Assembly (NCBI GenBank): GCA_051251855.1 | Contig: JBPOGI010000001.1 | Location: 832,001 to 896,000 of the forward strand | DNA length: 64,000 nucleotides | Reading direction: 5' to 3' | Source: Roseibacillus sp. | GTDB taxonomy: Bacteria > Verrucomicrobiota > Verrucomicrobiia > Verrucomicrobiales > Akkermansiaceae | Shown: one piece after another, positions 56,989 through 64,000 of the stretch | How the letters are laid out: each line of letters begins with the position of its first letter | Numbering within the stretch: position 1 is the stretch's first letter | The notes under the pieces: generated by a model | Database searches by the model: none | The model's input: the letters and a program-made list of their open reading frames with translations, nothing else | What the model was told of the DNA's origin: nothing | Position numbers and translations under genes: made by a program

Positions 56989-57088
56989 TCGCTGGTGGGC
57001 TGGTATGACTCTCGGACATTTTTGATGTTACCACCAGCAGCTTTAATCATTGCTCTCTTGTCGAAGAAAGGAATTGTCTGCCTAAAGT

Positions 57089-57634
57089 ATGAGAACCTTC
57101 CTCCAAGTGGCTTTGCTGATGTTGATTGCTGCGCCCCCGATTCATGGTGTGGAAGTTCCTGAGCCTGGAGATGATCTTAAAAGTTTTCTTGAGGGGGTGA
57201 CTCTCGCGTATGTGCCTTTTAAGGAGGAATCCAAGGTCGAGTTCTTAGACGCCTTAGGCTATGTCATTAGCAAATCTATTACTTTGGATTCGAGGGAGAA
57301 TGGAAGTCGGCTGGGGATGATTCGATTCGTAGAGAACGAAAAGAGACATCACAAAGATTGTGTCGTCGTTCCCGACGAATTGGACGGGGTCTTTATCGTT
57401 TTTGAAGAGCGGGAGGTGTCTTTGCTGAAAGTGGTCATCGAAATCGCGAAGCAATCCAAGCTCGACTTGTACACGTCCTCCGCTGGTCTTGTTTTTTGTC
57501 GGCCAAATCAAGTACCCAAAGTTGATCGGCATAATGATGCCTTGGTTATCGGAGCACCTCTCTACAGGGTGAATGGTAAGCCTAAGGCTCTAGGTTCTGA
57601 AGAGGGCGCCAGTAAAGACCGCCCCTCCAAATAA
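57089..57634 (+). CDS. hypothetical secreted protein
   Basis: Signal-peptide-like N-terminus; fills the gap between neighbours; no family recognised. Confidence 0.6.
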   Translation: MRTFLQVALLMLIAAPPIHGVEVPEPGDDLKSFLEGVTLAYVPFKEESKVEFLDALGYVISKSITLDSRENGSRLGMIRFVENEKRHHKDCVVVPDELDGVFIVFEEREVSLLKVVIEIAKQSKLDLYTSSAGLVFCRPNQVPKVDRHNDALVIGAPLYRVNGKPKALGSEEGASKDRPSK

Positions 57635-57636
57635 GG

Positions 57637-58665
57637 TTACGAGTTGATTCGGGTCACCAGTTGAGCTGCGGCTTGGTGGTAGGCGGTGTCGCTTTTGTTC
57701 ATGGCGATGGGGGTGCCGTCGTCGGCTCCCTGGCAGGTCTCGGGATTGATAGGAATCTGCGCGAGGAGAGGAACTTTGAGTCGTTCTGCTTCGCGCTCGC
57801 CTCCACCTGAACCGAAGAGAGGGTAACGGGTGCCATGGTCGCACTCGAACCAAGACATGTTTTCGATGAGTCCCAGGATCGGGACGTTCACTTTGGCAAA
57901 CATGGTGACAGCTTTGCGAGCATCGATGAGGGCGACTTCCTGGGGAGTTGTGACGATGACGGCCCCGGTGAGGGCGACGCTTTGGACGACGGTGAGCTGG
58001 ATGTCACCCGTTCCTGGGGGGAGGTCGAGCACGAGAACGTCGAGTTCACCCCAAGCGACTTGTTTGAGAAATTGTTGGGTGTAGCGATTGGCAAGAGGGC
58101 CGCGCACGATGACTGGGGACGATTCTGAAAGAAGGAAGCCCATGGACATGAGTTTGATGCCATAAGCCTCGATGGGGATAATGTTTTCCTCTTGGTCGGA
58201 GGTGAGTTCGTGGTGTGCCACCCCAAACATGTGAGCGATGGAGGGGCCGTAGAGGTCGCAATCGCAGAGGCCAACTTTGAGGCCTTGGCTGGCGAGAGAT
58301 ACAGCGAGGTTCGCGGATACGGTGGACTTGCCGACGCCCCCTTTGCCGGAGGCGACAGCGATGATGTGTTTGACGCCGGGAAGAGATTGTTTGACGGCTC
58401 CGGAGTCGCCTTGGGCAGGTGGGTCTTTGATGTCGATGCCGACTTTTACTTTTTCGGGGCCCCCTAACAGAGGATCGAGAAGAGCGTGAATTTCGGTGAA
58501 AATCTGACGTGGGATTTCGGCATCCTTGGTTTGGATTTGAAGGTGGATGTCAGCGACGTCATCAACCATCTCGGCGAGTTTGATAAGGCCAAAGGAGGCA
58601 ATGTCGCGAGAGAAGCCAGGGTATTTGATGGTGGCGAGTTGGGCGCGGAGTTCTTCGGTGGTCAT
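57637..58665 (-). CDS. mrp: Mrp/ApbC/NBP35 Fe-S cluster carrier ATPase
   Basis: ASGKGGVGKST, D.D.YGPS, MSMGF, RGP, DLPPGTGD, TTPQ.VAL.D, ENMS.F.C. Confidence 0.95.
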   Translation of the reverse strand: MTTEELRAQLATIKYPGFSRDIASFGLIKLAEMVDDVADIHLQIQTKDAEIPRQIFTEIHALLDPLLGGPEKVKVGIDIKDPPAQGDSGAVKQSLPGVKHIIAVASGKGGVGKSTVSANLAVSLASQGLKVGLCDCDLYGPSIAHMFGVAHHELTSDQEENIIPIEAYGIKLMSMGFLLSESSPVIVRGPLANRYTQQFLKQVAWGELDVLVLDLPPGTGDIQLTVVQSVALTGAVIVTTPQEVALIDARKAVTMFAKVNVPILGLIENMSWFECDHGTRYPLFGSGGGEREAERLKVPLLAQIPINPETCQGADDGTPIAMNKSDTAYHQAAAQLVTRINS

Positions 58666-58782
58666 GAGGAGAATAGGGATTCGATTGGAGATGAAGTCAA
58701 ACAGGAGATAAGGAGAGAACGAAGGAGCTTTGGTTTTTGAGTTTTTTCGAATCTGGGGAAGTCGCTGCTAGGGCAGGGTTTG

Positions 58783-59952
58783 TTAGAAGCTGGCTACGAG
58801 TTCGAAGGTGAAGCCTTTGAGGTATTCGGTTTCGGGGAGGTGAGCGAGGACGGGGTGGTCGGCGCGTTGGGTATGGGTTTCGACGAGGCGAAGGGTTTTT
58901 TTAGCGTCGTTGGCGGCGGAGCGCACGCTTTCGAGAAAGAGTTCGCGAGTGGCATGGTGGGAGCAACAGAAGGTAGCGAGATGACCTCCTTTTTCTAACA
59001 GACGAATAGCGCGGAGGTGGATTTCCTTGTAGCCTTTCATTGCTGAGTTGACGGTCTTCTTGTTGCGAGTGAAGGAGGGTGGGTCGAGAATGACGAGGTC
59101 GTATTTTTCCTCACGCTTTTCGCGATGGCGGAGGTTGTCGAAGGCGTTTCCTGTTTCGGTGGTGATAGTAAGGCCATTGAGTTCGGCGTTGCGCTGGGCG
59201 GCGTCGGTTGCTTTCTCGGAGATGTCGACGGCGGTGACGGATTTGGCTCCAGCTTGGGCGCAGGCGAGCCCGAAGCCTCCTTGATTGCAGAACATATCGA
59301 GGACGGTGGCGTCTTTGGCAAAGCGCGCGATGGAGGGATAGGCGTCGGTGATATCCAAGTAGAGGCCTGTCTTTTGGGCGTTGGCGAGGTCGAGTTCGAA
59401 CTTGAGTCCTTGCATGGTCACTTCCATGGGACCGGGGTCTTCACCGTGTAGGATGGCAGTTTCGGGCTGGAGGCCTTCGGCGGTGCGCATGGGGGTGTCA
59501 TTGCGCAAGATGATGGCGCGGGGGGAGAAGACTTGTTTGATGGCGCTGACGAGGAGGTCTTTGCGGAGGTCGAAGGCAAGGGTGGTTGTTTGCAGGACGA
59601 AGACGTCGTGGAAGCGGTCAAGGATGACCCCGGGGAGGCCATCGGATTCGGACCAAACGAGGCGGCAGACATCTTCGTCGATGGGGAGAGCTTTCCGGAC
59701 CTTGAGGGCGCGTTCGAGACGGCGGACCATGAAGTCAAGGTCGAGCTTCTGGGCGCGGTGAGAGAAGCGACGAGCGATGATTTGGGAAGCGGGATTGTAG
59801 ATCGCAGCGCCCATAGGTCGGTCTTTAAAGTCCTTGAGGGTGATGACATCCCCGGGTTCGGGCTCTCCGAAGGTCTTTTGTACCTCCGATGCGTAAATCC
59901 AGTCGTGCCCTTGAAAAATTCGTGCCCGTGGTTTGATGACAATGCCGCCCAT
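58783..59952 (-). CDS. rlmI: RlmI-like SAM-dependent rRNA methyltransferase
   Basis: GH.WIY PUA-like N-terminus, ESDGLPG...D, QKTG.YLD, VLD.FC..GGF, ILDPPSF, CCSHH, DHP....PET.YLK; start placed at ATG 59952. Confidence 0.85.
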   Translation of the reverse strand: MGGIVIKPRARIFQGHDWIYASEVQKTFGEPEPGDVITLKDFKDRPMGAAIYNPASQIIARRFSHRAQKLDLDFMVRRLERALKVRKALPIDEDVCRLVWSESDGLPGVILDRFHDVFVLQTTTLAFDLRKDLLVSAIKQVFSPRAIILRNDTPMRTAEGLQPETAILHGEDPGPMEVTMQGLKFELDLANAQKTGLYLDITDAYPSIARFAKDATVLDMFCNQGGFGLACAQAGAKSVTAVDISEKATDAAQRNAELNGLTITTETGNAFDNLRHREKREEKYDLVILDPPSFTRNKKTVNSAMKGYKEIHLRAIRLLEKGGHLATFCCSHHATRELFLESVRSAANDAKKTLRLVETHTQRADHPVLAHLPETEYLKGFTFELVASF

Positions 59953-60033
59953 GGCCCGCTTATTAGGACCTTCGCAAAGAAGTCGCAAGAAATGTTTGGA
60001 GCGAAGGGCGGGTGGTCTGCTAGGATGCGGGCA

Positions 60034-61068
60034 ATGGACGCATTGATTTCGACGGTAAAGGAGGGCAAGGAGTTGGATTCGCGGCACGCGGAGGCGGCGG
60101 TGGAGTTTCTATTGGATGAGGGGGCGGATGATTCCAAAAAGGCGGAGTTTCTGAGGGCTTTGTCGGAGAAGGGGGAGACTCCAGGTGAGATTGCAGCCTT
60201 TGTGGAGGCATTTTTGGAGCGCTCGGTGTCGGTTGAGTTACCGCCCGAGGAATTGGATGGTCCGACGATTGATGTTTGTGGGACGGGTGGAGATGGGCTG
60301 AATCTCTTCAACGTTTCGACCACAAGCATGTTCATTATCGCAGCCGGTGGCGGAGTGGTGGTGAAGCATGGGAATCGTGGCGTGACTTCCAAGAGTGGAG
60401 GCGCGGATGTGTTGGAAGCTCTCGGGATCGATATCGAGCAGGACCCAGAGATGTTCCGGGCTACGGTTCGGCGAGCAGGAGTGGGTTTTCTTTATGCGCG
60501 GAAGTATCACCCTGCCTTCAAGGCGGTGGCTCCGGTGAGGGCGCAGTTGGCGAAGGAGGGGGTGAAGACGCTCTTTAACTTAGTGGGGCCGTTGCTGAAT
60601 CCTTGTCGGCCCCAATGTCAGCTGGTGGGGGTGACCCAGCGAGGGATGGCTCCGGCTTTTGCTGAAATTTTGCAGCGACTGGAGAGGGAGTCCGTGTGGG
60701 CGGTCCATGGGCAGACGGCGGATGGGCGTGGGGTGGATGAAGTGAGCTCGATGGGCCCAACGCGAATTTGTAAGAGCGGGGTTTTGCAGGACCACGAGGA
60801 TGAAGAGGTGAGTCCGGGGGACTTCGGGCTAGAGGTCGCTCAGGTGGAGGATTTGGTGGGCGGTGAAGCCAAGGAGAATGCTCAGATTCTGATCAATATT
60901 CTAGGAGGCGAGGATAAGGGGCCGCGTCGCGATATGGTGCTGATGAATGCGGGAGCGGGGTTGGCCTGCGCGGGGTTAGCAGACGATTTAGGTGATGGCA
61001 TCGAAATGGCCCGTGGTCTGATTGCCAGTGGGGATGCCATGGAACGATTGGAAGCGATGCGTGGCTAA
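60034..61068 (+). CDS. trpD: anthranilate phosphoribosyltransferase
   Basis: KGET..EI, DVCGTGGDG...FNVST, KHGNR..TSKSG.AD.LE.LG, YHPA, FN..GPLLNP, DE; start placed at ATG 60034. Confidence 0.95.
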   Translation: MDALISTVKEGKELDSRHAEAAVEFLLDEGADDSKKAEFLRALSEKGETPGEIAAFVEAFLERSVSVELPPEELDGPTIDVCGTGGDGLNLFNVSTTSMFIIAAGGGVVVKHGNRGVTSKSGGADVLEALGIDIEQDPEMFRATVRRAGVGFLYARKYHPAFKAVAPVRAQLAKEGVKTLFNLVGPLLNPCRPQCQLVGVTQRGMAPAFAEILQRLERESVWAVHGQTADGRGVDEVSSMGPTRICKSGVLQDHEDEEVSPGDFGLEVAQVEDLVGGEAKENAQILINILGGEDKGPRRDMVLMNAGAGLACAGLADDLGDGIEMARGLIASGDAMERLEAMRG

Positions 61069-61084
61069 AGAAAGGGAACCGATT

Positions 61085-61645
61085 CTAGCTCCGAAGCCCG
61101 AGCGTTTCGTGAGCGTGCTTGGAGGCATTCCGCAGAAGCACGGAAAGTTTTTTTACAATTTGAAGGGTGGCCTCCGCCGGTTTTCCCTCGTCGAGAGATG
61201 GCCGGCTCACTTCAAGTAAGGGGGCTATTGTTTCTTTGGTGACAAAAGGCTCCAGCCCGTAGCCGACCATGAGACCTAAGCGTCCATGAATGGGATCGAG
61301 GCCTAGAAGAATGTCTTGGTTTGCCTCATTTTGGGAGCTCTGGGGAGAGAGTCCGGCGGTGTTAAAAAGCCAAAAGAGGTGAGTCGAAAGATTGAACTTG
61401 GGGTCAAATTCTCGAAGAACGATATTGAGATGACTCTCGGGAAAAGCACGCTCGAATCTTACAATGGCCGAGTTAATGGTTCGTCTTTGTTTTTCGGAAA
61501 GGGCTTCGGTGGTGTCGGTCAGGCCACGATTAAGGAGCGGGACAGGGCCAAGAAGAGAGGTGGCTCCCTCAATGGAAAGGGCACACTGAGGACAGCTGGG
61601 GGAATTCTCCAGGACGGGGGCCTGACAATAGGGGCAGTTCAGCAT
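61085..61645 (-). CDS. TPM-domain-like protein with N-terminal zinc ribbon
   Basis: CPYC-x9-CPQC, LTD....L, WLFN, ILL..D......L.VGYGLEP. Confidence 0.7.
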   Translation of the reverse strand: MLNCPYCQAPVLENSPSCPQCALSIEGATSLLGPVPLLNRGLTDTTEALSEKQRRTINSAIVRFERAFPESHLNIVLREFDPKFNLSTHLFWLFNTAGLSPQSSQNEANQDILLGLDPIHGRLGLMVGYGLEPFVTKETIAPLLEVSRPSLDEGKPAEATLQIVKKLSVLLRNASKHAHETLGLRS

Positions 61646-61751
61646 AAGACCCCTGATTGATAGATGAGATGATAGGAGCTGAACAGCCTCCGCTTTGTCG
61701 TGCGCAGACTTTGGGATTGGCAGAGGGGCCGGACTCGGGTGCAATCCTTCG

Positions 61752-62498
61752 ATGTCAAAATTTCAAGACAAAGTAGTGGTGGTGAGTGGAGCGGGGCGCG
61801 GTATTGGTTTGGAAATGGCGAAGTCCTTCGCTGCCGAAGGGGCCAAGGTCGCGGTGATTTCGCGAAATGAAAGTAGCTGCGGAGCGGCGGTCAATGCAAT
61901 CAATGGTGAGTTTCCGGGAGCTTCGAAGGCCTATGCGGTTGATGTTGCTGATGGGGCGGCGGTGGATGCGATGAGTAAGACTATTTTGGCTGACTTTGGT
62001 TCGATTGACGTGTTGATTAATAATGCTGGCATCACGCGCGATGGACTTTTGATGCGCATGAAGGAGGAAGACTGGGACGCGGTTCTCGATACCAATCTGA
62101 AGGGTGCTTTTAATATGACAAAAGCCTTTCAAAGACCGCTGATGAAATCGTCTCAGGGGCGAATCATCAACGTGAGCTCGGTTATCGGTATTATCGGTAA
62201 TGCTGGGCAAGCGAACTATGCGGCGAGTAAGGCTGGGTTAATTGGCTTCACGAAATCAGTGGCGCGTGAGTTGGCTGGCAAGAAGGTGACCTGCAATGCT
62301 ATCGCTCCTGGCTTCATCGCGACGGATATGACGGATGGTCTCGATGACAAAATCATTGAGGCGATTCTTGGAAAAATTCCTCTCAAGGAGCTGGGCAATG
62401 TCGCGGATGTAACAGCTCTTGCACTGTTTCTTGCGAGCTCTGATGCCCGATATATCACGGGGCAAGTGGTGGCGACAGACGGAGGGATGACGATGTAA
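61752..62498 (+). CDS. fabG: 3-oxoacyl-ACP reductase
   Basis: GAGRGIG, NNAGITRD.LL.RM, SSV.G..GN.GQ.NYAASKAG, PGFI.TDMT, YITGQ...DGGM. Confidence 0.95.
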   Translation: MSKFQDKVVVVSGAGRGIGLEMAKSFAAEGAKVAVISRNESSCGAAVNAINGEFPGASKAYAVDVADGAAVDAMSKTILADFGSIDVLINNAGITRDGLLMRMKEEDWDAVLDTNLKGAFNMTKAFQRPLMKSSQGRIINVSSVIGIIGNAGQANYAASKAGLIGFTKSVARELAGKKVTCNAIAPGFIATDMTDGLDDKIIEAILGKIPLKELGNVADVTALALFLASSDARYITGQVVATDGGMTM

Positions 62499-62980
62499 TG
62501 GACGTCATTTTTGTCAGGCACGGTAAGGCGAATGATCATGGCCCTGATGGGGGTGATCATGGTCGGCGGCTGACGGATAAGGGCTGGAAGCAGTCTCGAG
62601 CAGTTGGTGACTTGTTGACGAAGTTGGAGCTGGTCCCAGATTTGGTGCTGAGTAGTCCGCGGACCCGAGCCTTCGAGACCGCGGCGGGGGTGATGGCTGC
62701 TGCGGGGATGGAAGGAAACCCCGTAATCCAAGAGTGGCTGAATTTTGACCTACGTCCCCAGACGGTGATGGAGGAGTTAGGCGCTTTGCCTGATGAAATT
62801 GGTCGGGTGGTTTTGGTAGGTCATGAGCCGACTTTCTCGGGGATGGTGGCTTGGCTGTTAGGGGCAGAAACGGGATACGCAGAAGTGAAGAAGGCGAGTG
62901 TTGTGAGGTTCGAGCTGTCTCCACCTTCGCGGCACGGGGCTTTACTCAAGATGCTGGTTCCGGTGAAAGCTCTTTTTTGA
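62498..62980 (+). CDS. sixA: SixA-like phosphohistidine phosphatase
   Basis: RHGKA, R.LT.KG, SSP..RA.ETA, VGHEP. Confidence 0.88.
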   Translation: MDVIFVRHGKANDHGPDGGDHGRRLTDKGWKQSRAVGDLLTKLELVPDLVLSSPRTRAFETAAGVMAAAGMEGNPVIQEWLNFDLRPQTVMEELGALPDEIGRVVLVGHEPTFSGMVAWLLGAETGYAEVKKASVVRFELSPPSRHGALLKMLVPVKALF

Positions 62981-62993
62981 GAAACTCAGTGAG

Positions 62994-63455
62994 ATGAATT
63001 GCCCGAGAGATAATACGGTCCTGCGTTCTGTTAGGAAGGGGCTTTTGGAAGTCAACGTTTGCGATGAGTGCAATGGTTTTTCAGTTCTTTTGAAACAAGA
63101 AGCGGCCAATGCGCTAGAAGCTCAGTTGAATAAGCACTTCTCAAAAGGGGGAGAAGGGAACGTAGTTGCGACGCTGGTCTCACCTTATACTGGTGAGCCA
63201 ATGAAGCGTTTTGTCTATCGTGAAATACAATTGGACTATTGCCCAGCTACGCACTCGATCTGGTTCGACTACGGGGAGTATTCGAGGATGTTTCAGGGGC
63301 CGGAAAAGGTTGCGGCTCGACCCACAAAAAGTGTTAGCGAGGCTGGTGGTAAAGCTTGGGAAACGGTTGAGAATGTAGGCAACTCAATTGATGTTCTGGG
63401 AGTGGTCGGCGAGGTGATTGGAGAGTTGCTTACAGGAGTGGATATTTTTTCCTAG
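62994..63455 (+). CDS. zf-TFIIB-like double zinc-ribbon protein
   Basis: CPRD...L...CDECNG followed by SPYT..PM...LDYCP....IWFD.GE. Confidence 0.65.
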   Translation: MNCPRDNTVLRSVRKGLLEVNVCDECNGFSVLLKQEAANALEAQLNKHFSKGGEGNVVATLVSPYTGEPMKRFVYREIQLDYCPATHSIWFDYGEYSRMFQGPEKVAARPTKSVSEAGGKAWETVENVGNSIDVLGVVGEVIGELLTGVDIFS

Positions 63456-63904
63456 AAAGTCACGCGACAGATGCGCCAATCGGGCATGACGTCCGCATCG
63501 CGGGAACGATAAAACTCGATGGCGTCCTTGTTCCAATCGAGGACCGACCATTCGGCGCGCCCGTATCCTCTTTCTTTGGCGATTTTGAGAAACCCGTCGA
63601 GCAACTCGCGGCCAAAGCCTTGTCCTCGGAATTGGGGGCGAACGTAAAGATCCTCGAGCCAGAGTCCGGATTTTCCGGTGAAGCTGGAAAAATTGCGATA
63701 GAAGATGGCAAATCCTGCCAAGCCTTTTCCGTCGGGAGAATCGATGACGAGCCCTTCGAGGAGGTTTTCTTCAAAGATGGCGCGTTCGATATCGCTAGGG
63801 GTGGAGCGCACGAGGTGGCTAATTTCTTCGAAATCAGCAAGTTCAAGAGCCATGGCGTGCAGCTCGGCGATTTCGAAGCGGAGGGGCAGTCTTGGCTGAA
63901 TCAT
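63452..63904 (-). CDS. GNAT acetyltransferase (diamine/SSAT-like)
   Basis: ELADFE, NFSSFTGK.GLWLEDLYVRP..RGQG.G, EWSVLDWN..AI.FY. Confidence 0.92.
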   Translation of the reverse strand: MIQPRLPLRFEIAELHAMALELADFEEISHLVRSTPSDIERAIFEENLLEGLVIDSPDGKGLAGFAIFYRNFSSFTGKSGLWLEDLYVRPQFRGQGFGRELLDGFLKIAKERGYGRAEWSVLDWNKDAIEFYRSRDADVMPDWRICRVTF

Positions 63905-64000
63905 GGGTGGACCCTAAAGGCAAGATAGGCTATTCCTCAAACAGTAACGCTTAAATGGGTTTCGAAAATCTGGCTCTTGGCGAAGTTCGTCGAGGACTTG

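Noticed and set aside
59533..60087. Apparent 555-bp overlap of trpD and rlmI, or an N-terminally extended TrpD
   Set aside because: Artefact of longest-ORF calling; plausible starts at 60034 and 59952 leave a normal divergent gap
1..64000. G/T-rich plus strand across most of the window; also searched for prophage, integrase, rRNA and tRNA
   Set aside because: The skew is consistent with ordinary replication-strand bias, and none of those elements was recognisable

Overview
This is a gene-dense bacterial chromosome segment, most likely from Verrucomicrobiota (Verrucomicrobiaceae-like). That assignment is inferred from a PEP-CTERM protein, a PVC-type CxxCH heme protein, three sulfatases and a DUF1800/DUF1501 pair. 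It contains about 52 CDSs. Housekeeping genes (mdh, thiG, tyrA, rnhB-yraN, lysA, trpD, fabG, mrp, polX, ABC-F, SNF2) are mixed with accessory modules: an iorAB-xdhC-mocA-type molybdoenzyme operon, DUF1800-DUF1501, an ECF sigma/anti-sigma pair with a spondin-PEP-CTERM gene, a ThuA/PVC-heme/TIM-barrel/AraC/cupin cluster, and sulfatases with an alginate-lyase-family gene. I found no rRNA, tRNA, CRISPR array, integrase or transposase. The best non-coding signals are five. (1) A 15-bp tandem array of the palindrome TTACC-N4-GGT(A/G)A, plus a fourth copy over the putative -10, lies upstream of a stand-alone AAA-ATPase/winged-helix gene. (2) A shared TCGGGAATA-N13/14-TTC(G/C)TC ECF-type promoter precedes both the spondin-PEP-CTERM gene and the sigma gene. 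(3) Two 79-bp GTAG REPIN-like elements have covarying stems. (4) A 222-bp TA-flanked MITE-like element starts in a stop codon. (5) An ArsC/Spx pseudogene has decayed. All product calls come from motif recognition by eye, not from database searches.
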